Positions 21,165 to 30,030 of a DNA stretch of 64,000 nt are shown here, piece after piece. A program made the position numbers and the translations under genes. The notes under the pieces were generated by a model. It was not told the DNA's origin and searched no databases. It saw only the letters and a program-made list of their open reading frames with translations. Source of the DNA: an uncultured cyanobacterium (GTDB lineage: Bacteria; Cyanobacteriota; Cyanobacteriia; Cyanobacteriales; Nostocaceae); NCBI GenBank assembly GCA_963740315.1, contig CAVUDP010000003.1, forward strand, positions 160,001-224,000, written 5' to 3'. Position 1 is the first letter of the stretch, and each line of letters begins with the position of its first letter.

Positions 21165-22346
21165 ATGCTCTACAGAAGATTTGGACGTACCGAATTACAA
21201 ATGCCCGTTTTCTCCTGCGGTGGAATGCGATATCAGTATAAATGGCAAGATGTCCCCCAGAGGATGATTCCCCGCAAAAACCAGGAAAATCTGGAAGCAA
21301 CAATTAAGAAATCTTTAGAAATCGGTATCAATCATATTGAAACCGCTCGCGGCTACGGTACTTCCGAGGTACAGTTAGGAAAAATCTTACCGAAATTTCC
21401 TCGCGATAAATTAATAATACAAACTAAAATAAACCCAAAGGCAGATGCAAAACAATTTGAAAAAACTCTAGAAGAATCTTTTGATAAGCTGCGTTTAGAT
21501 TATATTGATTTATTAGGAATTCACGGTATTAACAATGCCGAAACTTTAGAAAATACAATTCGTCCCGGTGGTTGTTTAGATATTGTCAGAAAATATCAAG
21601 CCCAAGGGAAAATTAAATTTATCGGCTTTTCTACTCACGGACCAACTGATATTATTGTCGAAGCAATTAATACCGATAAATTCGATTATGTCAACCTGCA
21701 TTGGTATTATATTAATCAAAATAATTGGGCTGCAATAGAAGCCGCTACCCGTCACGATATGGGAGTGTTTATAATTAGCCCTTCCGATAAAGGCGGTAGA
21801 CTTTACGATCCACCAGAGAAGTTAGTTAAACTTTGCGCTCCTTTATCGCCGATGGTATTTAATGACTTATTTTGTCTGAGCCATCCCCAAGTACATACTT
21901 TATCATTGGGTGCGGCGAAACCAAGCGATTTTGACGAACATCTTAAAACCTTAGATTTATTAGATAAAGCTTCAGAAATATTACCGCCAATTTTAACAAA
22001 ACTAGAACAAGAAGCGATCGCCACTTTAGGAGAAGACTGGGCGAAAACTTGGCACATCGGCTTACCAAAGCAGGAAGAAACGCCAGGAAACGTAAATATT
22101 CCAATGGTTTTGTGGTTGCGAAACTTAGCCGTTGCTTACGACATGGAAGAATACGCTAAAATGCGCTACAACCTTTTAGGAAGCGGTGGAGATTGGTTTC
22201 CCGGCAATCAAGCCAATCAAATCGATAAATTAGACTTGCGATCGTGTCTGCAAAATAGTCCCCACGCCGATAAAATTCCTGAAATACTTCTAGAAGTAGA
22301 TAGGATGTTAGGTGGTGAAAAAGTGAAACGTTTATCAAAAAGTTGA
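21165..22346 (+). CDS. Aldo/keto reductase
   Basis: YRRFGRT; GINHIETARGYG.SE; LDYIDLL.IHG; GFSTHG. Confidence 0.92.
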   Translation: MLYRRFGRTELQMPVFSCGGMRYQYKWQDVPQRMIPRKNQENLEATIKKSLEIGINHIETARGYGTSEVQLGKILPKFPRDKLIIQTKINPKADAKQFEKTLEESFDKLRLDYIDLLGIHGINNAETLENTIRPGGCLDIVRKYQAQGKIKFIGFSTHGPTDIIVEAINTDKFDYVNLHWYYINQNNWAAIEAATRHDMGVFIISPSDKGGRLYDPPEKLVKLCAPLSPMVFNDLFCLSHPQVHTLSLGAAKPSDFDEHLKTLDLLDKASEILPPILTKLEQEAIATLGEDWAKTWHIGLPKQEETPGNVNIPMVLWLRNLAVAYDMEEYAKMRYNLLGSGGDWFPGNQANQIDKLDLRSCLQNSPHADKIPEILLEVDRMLGGEKVKRLSKS

Positions 22347-22357
22347 TATTTTTAGGG

Positions 22358-22417
22358 TGGTTTGTAGTAAGGACTTTAGTCCTCTAATATTAGCGATAAA
22401 TCGGTTACTACAAACCA
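22358..22417. repeat. GTAG-type REP doublet between convergent genes
   Basis: TGGTTTGTAGTAA...TTACTACAAACCA. Confidence 0.8.
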
Positions 22418-22420
22418 AAA

Positions 22421-23128
22421 CTAAAACAACCTTCCATAACAAGCTATACATTTGTTATCTGAATTCGCTTGATTATTTAACCAAGCCCACATTTGATCGC
22501 CAAATGAAAAATGCCACCATTCTCTAGGGTTGCGTGTAAACCCAGCCTTTTCCATCACATCTTTTAATAGCAAACGGTTAGCATGATAGCGCGGTGCAAA
22601 TTCAACTTGAATATCGGCGTAGTAATCGGGAAGCGATCGCTCGGAAAGTTCATCAATTGGGGAACCCATATTTACTATTTGTCCCATTTCATCAACCAAA
22701 GTTACATCCACCGCACCACCAGTAGAATGAGGAGGAGGTGTTTTTTCATCCAAACTTGGTTCAGCCCAAATTTTGTAAACTTCCTCCCAAATACTCTGCT
22801 TTTGTACTTCCGATAAACTTGATTCAATTAATCCCTTTTCCCCTACAGCTTCAGAAAAAGTGTAGCTAACCATGAAGTTTTGTACCGCTACAGGGCGATA
22901 AGCATCAAAAATTTGAATCCGCCAATCGGGGCGCAATTGTTGTAAATATGTTTGAGCCTTTATCAAATAATTAACAACACTTTCACGGAGAAAATAAGGA
23001 GAATGTTCACCATAAGGTGCGCCTAATTTTTCATAAGGGTGAGGAGATTCCACCGCAAAATCTTTCAGAGGAATTTCTATTACAGCTTCGCCACATTCAA
23101 CAATTTCGATATTATGATAAGGTCGCAT
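22421..23128 (-). CDS. D-alanyl-D-alanine dipeptidase (M15D/VanX family)
   Basis: FDAYRP; PHSTGGAVD; EWWHF. Confidence 0.92.
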   Translation of the reverse strand: MRPYHNIEIVECGEAVIEIPLKDFAVESPHPYEKLGAPYGEHSPYFLRESVVNYLIKAQTYLQQLRPDWRIQIFDAYRPVAVQNFMVSYTFSEAVGEKGLIESSLSEVQKQSIWEEVYKIWAEPSLDEKTPPPHSTGGAVDVTLVDEMGQIVNMGSPIDELSERSLPDYYADIQVEFAPRYHANRLLLKDVMEKAGFTRNPREWWHFSFGDQMWAWLNNQANSDNKCIACYGRLF

Positions 23129-23137
23129 TTATGTATT

Positions 23138-23290
23138 TTAGATTTTGGATTTTGGATTTTGGATTGTAAGTTAAAGGTCAAAGGTTAAAGGTTAAAGGTC
23201 AAAGGTCAAAGGTTAAAATTCCCCCCATCCCCCCATCTCCCCATCTCCCCATCCCCCCATCTCCCCATCTCCCCATCCCCTCATCTCCCC
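23138..23290. repeat. Compound STRR tract: (TTTTGGA)n, (AAAGGTY)n, (CCCCATCY)n
   Basis: Three adjacent tandem arrays visible directly. Confidence 0.9.
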
Positions 23291-23505
23291 TCCTCCTCCG
23301 GAACTGGATCGTAACCACCGGGATGAAATGGATGACAGCGGCAAATACGCCGAATACCCATCCAAGAACCGCGTAACACTCCGAAACGTTCGATCGCTTG
23401 CATGGCGTACATCGAACAAGTGGGTTGAAAGCGGCAACTTGGAGGAAACAGGGGTGAGATAAACATTCGGTAGAAGCGAATAAACCAAATAAATAATAGT
23501 TTCAT
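23281..23505 (-). CDS. yidD: Membrane protein insertion efficiency factor
   Basis: [29 protein letters not shown]. Confidence 0.93.
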   Translation of the reverse strand: MKLLFIWFIRFYRMFISPLFPPSCRFQPTCSMYAMQAIERFGVLRGSWMGIRRICRCHPFHPGGYDPVPEEEGR

Positions 23506-23527
23506 ACAGCAGCAAAGATCCTATAAA

Positions 23528-24268
23528 TTGGTAACAAGGGAGAAAATTTCTATATTAATTACATTTAAGTTGAGTTCATTTACTGTAATAGATTCGATTC
23601 CGCCTTTATGGCTGCAAATTGTAGCCGTTGGAATCTGGGTGTCGCTGATTCTTCTGAGTGCGGGAGGAGTCAGCCGTTTTGTTAAAAGTGATTCGGAAAT
23701 CGTCCGCAAGATAGTTCACATAGGAACTGGTAATGTGATTCTACTTGCTTGGTGGCTAGATATTCCTGCAAGTATAGGCATTACAGCTTCGATTTTAGCT
23801 GCCGTATTTACTTTATTGTCCTACCGATTTCCTCTAATTCCCGGTATAAATAGTGTCGGGCGCAAAAGTTTTGGGACTTTTTTCTATGCTGTGAGTATTG
23901 GCGTTTTAGTCGCTTGGTTTTGGTATTTGAAACAACCCTATTACGCTGCATTGGGAATATTAATCATGGCGTGGGGAGATGGTTTCGCAGCGCTTATTGG
24001 TCAGCGTTTTGGTAAGCATAAATACAATGTGTTGGGAGGGCAGAAAAGTTTAGAAGGCTCTCTAACTATGACTGTAGTTAGTTTTATTGTTAGTGCTTTG
24101 ATTTTATTGAGCGTCCAAGGTAATTCTTGGGAAACCTGGCTAATATCAGCAGTTGTAGCTGTAGTTGCTACTGGTTTAGAAGCTATTTCTTTTCTTGGCA
24201 TTGATAATCTAACTGTTCCTTTGGGAAGTGCAGCTTTAGCTTTTGTGTTAAATCAGTTAATTCTTTAA
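23528..24268 (+). CDS. Phytol/polyprenol kinase family (CTP-dependent) membrane protein; the true start may be downstream
   Basis: RKIVHIG; WGDGFAALIG; KSLEGS; DNLTVP. Confidence 0.88.
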   Translation: MVTREKISILITFKLSSFTVIDSIPPLWLQIVAVGIWVSLILLSAGGVSRFVKSDSEIVRKIVHIGTGNVILLAWWLDIPASIGITASILAAVFTLLSYRFPLIPGINSVGRKSFGTFFYAVSIGVLVAWFWYLKQPYYAALGILIMAWGDGFAALIGQRFGKHKYNVLGGQKSLEGSLTMTVVSFIVSALILLSVQGNSWETWLISAVVAVVATGLEAISFLGIDNLTVPLGSAALAFVLNQLIL

Positions 24269-24494
24269 TAAATTTATCTCAACATCTCAATTTATTACAA
24301 TTTATGCAGGATTGCTATACCTGTTTATCTACGAAAAAATCCCGACTTCTTGAAGAAACCGGGTTATTTATATAGCACTTTGCTTAGGATATATGAAAAC
24401 TGAATATCACTGAAATTATTGGTTAGTAATGATGTTCACTGCTGGCTAATAACTGCATTTATCTTTCTTCCCTGCATTCTCTCTTTTGAAAAGT

Positions 24495-24659
24495 CTAATA
24501 CAGGTTGGCGTAAGTAAGGTACCCATATAGTTTAAGAGTTCGACGGACATTATTAAGAAGTCGGGTTTTTAGAATACGTGTCCGTAATATACTTACAATT
24601 TTACAAAAACCCGACTTCTAAAGATTAATGGGTATTTTATTTACGCAGTGCGGTACTAG
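24495..24659. mobile_element. MITE-like element carrying an AGAAGTCGGGTTTTT/AAAAACCCGACTTCT inverted repeat
   Basis: Imperfect TIRs CTAATAC..GCGTAAGTAAGGTACCCAT / ATGGGTATTTTATTTACGC..GTACTAG. Confidence 0.6.
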
Positions 24660-25095
24660 TAATAGGGTTGACTACGAAGATTATTTTTTTTACAGCCTGA
24701 TACAACTCCAACTCATAAAATATCGGATTTTCCTCAATAAAAATACTGATTTGAAATTTTTTAAGTTATTCTAAACACTTATATTACTTAAGCATCTGCA
24801 ATAAATATCACAGCGGCGCACTATATTTTTCAGTAATTAGCAACAAAAAATAACAAAAACTATGTTTATTGAGAATTTTCTCATTATTAATAAAATAATT
24901 TGTTATTAACGTTACGCAATTACGTTGTTTGAGGGTATGTATAAAAAGGTTGTTTTGAAAAAAGAAAAAAGTTATGTATAATCTATTAGGACGTGCCGAT
25001 GCAAATTTGAGAAATTAACAAATAGTTAGAATATTTAACAAAACTTGACTTATTTGCTAACTAAAAAATAATTCCGTAGATTGCGATCGCCATAT

Positions 25096-26844
25096 TCATA
25101 AACTAACTCTTTCTTGCAACTTCACCCGCATTTTCTTTCCAATACCGGGAACTCTTTCTAAATCTTCTAAGGAATCAAAACGTTTTTCTTGACGCGCTTG
25201 AACGATCCGTTTTGCTAATTTCTTCCCAACCCCAGGAAGCGTGACTAATTCTTCTTCGGTAGCTGTATTTAAATTAATTTTAGTAATTACTTTTTCTGTA
25301 AAGGTTGATGGAGCTTTGATTTCCTGACATTCTTTTTCTTGCTGTTTAACCTTCTTTTCAATTCTTAGAGGTATGCCAAATTCAGCATTTTTATAAAGTC
25401 TTTCAAATTCTCTTATATAATGAGCGGCGACTTGAGGATTTTCAATTACTAAAACAGTCTCATCGTTGTTCTTATTTGCGGCTTCCGTCCAATTATGGGA
25501 ACCAGTAATAACTGTCTTGCGATCGATAACGGCGTATTTATGATGTAGTAAATCGCCGCTGGTTAATAAAGGTACGCCAACAGATTTAATAGGATTTCGC
25601 CAAGGTTGGTTATTAAGTTCGTATTTACATTTATTGCTCAAAGCAACACCCATCATATCTAAACCTTCGCTATAAAAACGATAAGCAAAATTTGGCTCTA
25701 ATAAAGTTCTAATTTTCACGTTTTCTGCGTGACGTGTTTCTAAAATATTGCTCAAACGCTGTGCTGAAAATACAAATAATGCTGAATCAATAGAATCAAC
25801 TGCTGAATTTAATGTTTTACCAATCAACCCGTTACTGCTTTCAATCCAAGGTAAGGTTGGAGAAGTGGGAGAAAAGCTTAGCGTAACTTTGCTATTTACT
25901 AAATTAACTTGCTCAAAATCACGATTTGGTTTTTGCAATCCAAATTTACTATCAAATTTACCTCCAACTCCATCACCCCACATGATGTTAAACTCTTTTG
26001 TAAAGATATCGGCTAAGTCAACACTATCGATTTTAATTAAATTATTTACATTACCCAAACTATCGTAATTACTATAATCGCCGTGAATCCCCGATAATGT
26101 AAAGTTTGCGGAAGTTACAATTACAAAGCGGCGATCGATAACCATAAATTTATGATGCATCAAACCGCTACCTTTTGAACCATCGGCGGTATCATCAATT
26201 AAAGGTATTTTGGTATTGCGGATTATTTTTAAAGCATCTCGACGATCGATCTCTTGTTGAGACAGTTTACCGTTTTCGTCAGTATCTGCAAATGTTTTAA
26301 ACTCTTGATATCGTTTCTTTTCTCTTTCTGTTAATTGAGTTAATTCCTGCGGTGTCAGATCGCTCCAAGGACGACTATAGTTATTTTCTAGAATTACTCT
26401 TATTTTTACTCCCGCTTGATGTTTTTTAACCAATTCTTGTGCAACTAAAGGCAAGCGTAATTCTTGTACTGCGACATCTATTGTCGATTCGGCTTGAGAA
26501 ATTGCATCGATAATTATTTGTTCTAAATTATCACCTTTACGCATTTTTTGGCGATAAGGTTCTCGATATTCCGAAGTTTGAGAATGATTAAAATAAACTT
26601 GGATTAATGAGTCTTGCGGTAGCGGTTTTAAAGTATGATTCGATTTTGCTGATTGACAAGCAGTAATAGGTATTAGTAATAAATATAGTAATTTTATCTG
26701 AGTTGTAAACAATCGAGGTGTTTTGATTCTTACGAACAAATTAAGAATGCGATCGCCTTGCAACATTTTCATTAAATAAGGCAGCAAGATGCGATCGCTA
26801 CAGATATTTCTTAAACTCTGAGATACTTTCGATAAAATTTGCAC
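25096..26844 (-). CDS. comA: Competence protein ComA-like (two PLD domains plus ComEA helix-hairpin-helix)
   Basis: MHHKFMVID and LHHKYAVID HKD motifs; INLNTA..LPGVG..VPGIG HhH. Confidence 0.8.
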   Translation of the reverse strand: MQILSKVSQSLRNICSDRILLPYLMKMLQGDRILNLFVRIKTPRLFTTQIKLLYLLLIPITACQSAKSNHTLKPLPQDSLIQVYFNHSQTSEYREPYRQKMRKGDNLEQIIIDAISQAESTIDVAVQELRLPLVAQELVKKHQAGVKIRVILENNYSRPWSDLTPQELTQLTEREKKRYQEFKTFADTDENGKLSQQEIDRRDALKIIRNTKIPLIDDTADGSKGSGLMHHKFMVIDRRFVIVTSANFTLSGIHGDYSNYDSLGNVNNLIKIDSVDLADIFTKEFNIMWGDGVGGKFDSKFGLQKPNRDFEQVNLVNSKVTLSFSPTSPTLPWIESSNGLIGKTLNSAVDSIDSALFVFSAQRLSNILETRHAENVKIRTLLEPNFAYRFYSEGLDMMGVALSNKCKYELNNQPWRNPIKSVGVPLLTSGDLLHHKYAVIDRKTVITGSHNWTEAANKNNDETVLVIENPQVAAHYIREFERLYKNAEFGIPLRIEKKVKQQEKECQEIKAPSTFTEKVITKINLNTATEEELVTLPGVGKKLAKRIVQARQEKRFDSLEDLERVPGIGKKMRVKLQERVSL

Positions 26845-26948
26845 GGTAGTCTGCTGAAGCTAAATACTAAGCGAACAAATTTAGTTTTCCCAAATTCGAT
26901 AAAAATAATCAGATTTAAATCCCGTCATTAAAAAAAAGACGTTGCTAC

Positions 26949-27010
26949 AGGTTTGTAGTAAGGGCATCGGTTCCCTAAATCCGGAGCGCTGAAGCGCTTA
27001 CTACGAACCT
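26949..27010. repeat. GTAG-type REP doublet, inverted relative to the 2026 copy
   Basis: AGGTTTGTAGTAAG...CTTACTACGAACCT. Confidence 0.85.
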
Positions 27011-27083
27011 TATTACCCGTCAGAATTAATGAAATCGACCACTAGTAAGATTTTTTATCTTATCGGTAATTATCTTTAGTGAT

Positions 27084-29822
27084 TCATTCAACTTTGACTC
27101 GAAACCGAATAAAACCAAAGTTGGTACCAAGGGTATGATTAATAGTACCGAGATTCCCAATTACCGCACCCGTGGGATTATCTGGATTGGGACAGAAGTT
27201 ATTTGCGGGAAGCTGAGTTCCAGGAGCGAAAAAGCTACCATTATCGCCATCAGCATTATTCGTATTGGCTGTAACTGTATTTGATAAATTTACAGAAATA
27301 CCGCTACTGGAACCAAAACTATCTGAAACAAAAGTAGTTCCGTTGGGTATAGGATCGCAAAACCTGACGTTTTCTACTGGTCGATTACCGTCGGCAAGAA
27401 AATACATGGTGTATTCAACTTCGTCACCTTTTTGCAAGGGTAATTGCGGACTAATATCAAATACTCCTACTGGTGAAAGTTGAAACCAACCCGGTAAATT
27501 ATCGATAGGATCGTTGGGATCATCGATAAAAGAATTAAAGTTAATGCCGCCGATCGCAATCCCGTTTCTAAATACGTTGGTAATTCTTTTTAGCCCCCGC
27601 AAACGTTCTATAGGTTCTGGTTCAATGGGAGGTTCTGGTTCAATAGGAGGTTCTGGTTCAATAGGAGGTTCTGGTTCAATGGGAGGTTCTGGATCTGGGG
27701 GAGTCGTTGAACCTACTATTACTTCCTCCCCAACTGTTGCAGGGTCGTAATTTACGCTTTTTATGTCTTCTGGTGTAAGGCTACTATTATCAAGATAAGT
27801 AGCGGTAGCTGGGTTGTTATATTCGCCGTCGGGAACGTTTTCATCGATATTAGTAGTAAAAGTAATTGCAACGCTACCACCACCAGGAATATTGAAACTA
27901 CCAAAATTGGGGACGGTTTCGCCATCAGCTGGATTGGTAGTATTGACTTGGGTTGAACCTCCGGTTAAAGCGATCGTAGGATTGACGGAAGCATCATAAG
28001 TGAAACCGCTGGGTAAAGTGTCGGATATATTAACGTTAGTTGCCGTAGATAAATTTGCAGCGTTGGCAACTGTAATAGTATAGGTGGCTTTCCCCGGCTT
28101 GATAATTGGACCGGGAGTAGAAGTAGTTTTAGTAATAGTTAATTGTGGTAACAGACATTCCGCACCAGATTTAACGCCATTAATATTAGTGATATTGGAA
28201 GTAGTACCGTTGCTACCAGGAGTTGCACCAAAAGGTTTGGCAGGGTTGTTTGTAAGACCCGATGCACCGCCAACTGCACTAACTGCTGCACCGGAACTAG
28301 TGAAGATAACACCACCACCACCACCACCACCAGGACCGTGAGAATTAGTGGCGACTGCATCCCCACCTTTACCACCGTTAGCAGTTACCGCAAGACCTGT
28401 AAGATTATTATTGAGAGCAGATACAACTACGCTACCACCAGCACCACCACCACCAGCTCCATCCCTGCCGATATTCAAAGCATTCGCGCCGTTTGCACTG
28501 ATAGTACCGCTACCACTAACGCTTCCAGTACGAATAAATGCCATGCCGCCACCCGCAGCACCGCTACTTGCCTCACCATTAGTATCATCCTCTTTAAAAG
28601 GACTTGTAGAACCGTCGTTAGTTGTTCCCGCACCGCCGCCACCTCCTAGTGCTAAGCGATCGCTTGTTGAGGGAAAGCCTGCACCCCCAAAACCACCAAC
28701 ATATAACTCTGAATCATAAGTTCTACCCCCCAAACCACCAGCACCACCGTTACCGCCGCCGCCACCGCCGGAATTTTCACCGTTAGGAAATCTATACTTT
28801 CCGAGTGGATCGCCGTCCGTACCGCCACCACCAGCGTTTCCGGGTGCGCCGCGACCTAATGAACCGTTGGGATATCCTTCCACACCAGTATTTTCTACAG
28901 TATTATTTGTGGAATTAAATATGTATTTTGGCGTACCAGCGGTACCTTCACCTTTAGAACCGTTAGTATCAAAAGTTGATAAACTCCTGTAATCAGTTTC
29001 AAATAAATCTGGTTCAGGAGAACTCTTTTCTCCTTCAAGCTTTCGTCCGCCACCACCACGAAAACCTTTGCCGGTAACATCTACAGTTGCGCCAGCTAAG
29101 TTTAAGTTATCGGCAACATCATAAACTAAAACACCACCAGTCGAACCATTCCAACGACTTGCAGTTAGTCCAGAAGTAATGGTAGCGCTAATATATTGCG
29201 GTACGCGAACTACCTGATAAGTCCTTTGTCCTTGAGTACCGAAAGGAGCATTGCTGTAGGAATTAATTAATCCTCCTCCCGCACCCGCGCCTTGAATTGT
29301 CACCGAACCACCAACGGCTCCCGTAGCAACAACGTATTCATAATTACCAGCCGTAAAGTTAGCGCTATTCAGATTACCGCTAGCACCAGTCGCTGGAGGT
29401 TCTTCATAGAGTTCGGTGTATACTCGGTTTCCATCATTATCTATAGGGACATTATCTTTAACATCTCCACCATTACCATCTCCATAAGCATTAGTATTAC
29501 TCGAATCAATATCCGCTCCCTGCATTTGAATAACCAGCAGTAAGTCACCGGGTTGAATTGGTGTTAATACTCCTGTAGAAGTTCCTACGGGGATGGAAGT
29601 CGCACCAGCATTCACATTTGCCGCACCGGGATAATAAGTATTAATAACGCCATTGATATTATTTCCCACTCCATCTTTACCAGGAGCGGCGCATAGTCGT
29701 GGTGCAACCTGTGCCCTAACTTGGGAAAAATTCGCTTCACCCAGCAACAGTATTTGATGGCTACAGGTGGTAAGTAATAAGACGAAACTACGAATTAATT
29801 TAGATTTAAACGATGATGTCAT
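27084..29822 (-). CDS. Large Gly-rich exoprotein with DUF11-type Ig domains and a (PPIEPE)n linker
   Basis: ATG 29822; signal peptide (VRA-Q); poly-Gly stretches; LTITKT..DTLPSG..YNNPA domain; C-terminal KRIT..DPIP..FRVKVE domain. Confidence 0.85.
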   Translation of the reverse strand: MTSSFKSKLIRSFVLLLTTCSHQILLLGEANFSQVRAQVAPRLCAAPGKDGVGNNINGVINTYYPGAANVNAGATSIPVGTSTGVLTPIQPGDLLLVIQMQGADIDSSNTNAYGDGNGGDVKDNVPIDNDGNRVYTELYEEPPATGASGNLNSANFTAGNYEYVVATGAVGGSVTIQGAGAGGGLINSYSNAPFGTQGQRTYQVVRVPQYISATITSGLTASRWNGSTGGVLVYDVADNLNLAGATVDVTGKGFRGGGGRKLEGEKSSPEPDLFETDYRSLSTFDTNGSKGEGTAGTPKYIFNSTNNTVENTGVEGYPNGSLGRGAPGNAGGGGTDGDPLGKYRFPNGENSGGGGGGNGGAGGLGGRTYDSELYVGGFGGAGFPSTSDRLALGGGGGAGTTNDGSTSPFKEDDTNGEASSGAAGGGMAFIRTGSVSGSGTISANGANALNIGRDGAGGGGAGGSVVVSALNNNLTGLAVTANGGKGGDAVATNSHGPGGGGGGGVIFTSSGAAVSAVGGASGLTNNPAKPFGATPGSNGTTSNITNINGVKSGAECLLPQLTITKTTSTPGPIIKPGKATYTITVANAANLSTATNVNISDTLPSGFTYDASVNPTIALTGGSTQVNTTNPADGETVPNFGSFNIPGGGSVAITFTTNIDENVPDGEYNNPATATYLDNSSLTPEDIKSVNYDPATVGEEVIVGSTTPPDPEPPIEPEPPIEPEPPIEPEPPIEPEPIERLRGLKRITNVFRNGIAIGGINFNSFIDDPNDPIDNLPGWFQLSPVGVFDISPQLPLQKGDEVEYTMYFLADGNRPVENVRFCDPIPNGTTFVSDSFGSSSGISVNLSNTVTANTNNADGDNGSFFAPGTQLPANNFCPNPDNPTGAVIGNLGTINHTLGTNFGFIRFRVKVE

Positions 29823-29827
29823 GATTA

Positions 29828-29962
29828 GAGAGGGGGAAGAGGGGGAAGAGGGGGAGAGGGGGTAGAGGGGGAAGAGGGGGGAGAGGGGGTAGAGGGGGAG
29901 ATGGGGAGATGGGGAGTACTTCGACAAGCTCAGTAACCTTTGGGGAGATGGGGAGACAAGGA
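29828..29962. repeat. Purine-rich tandem repeats inside the operon
   Basis: (GAGGGGGNA)n and GGGGAGAT units. Confidence 0.75.
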
Positions 29963-30030
29963 GATTAATAACTCAACTTCTAACTCTTAACTCCTCACTC
30001 TTAACTCCTAATATGCAGACCTTTAACCTC

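Noticed and set aside
27265..29543. Pro-rich antisense ORFs
   Set aside because: They are reverse complements of poly-Gly codons.
29823..29927. N-terminal extension (SPHLPLYPLSP..) of the exoprotein in the ORF track
   Set aside because: It is the translation of an intergenic purine-rich tandem repeat; ATG 29822 gives a proper signal peptide.
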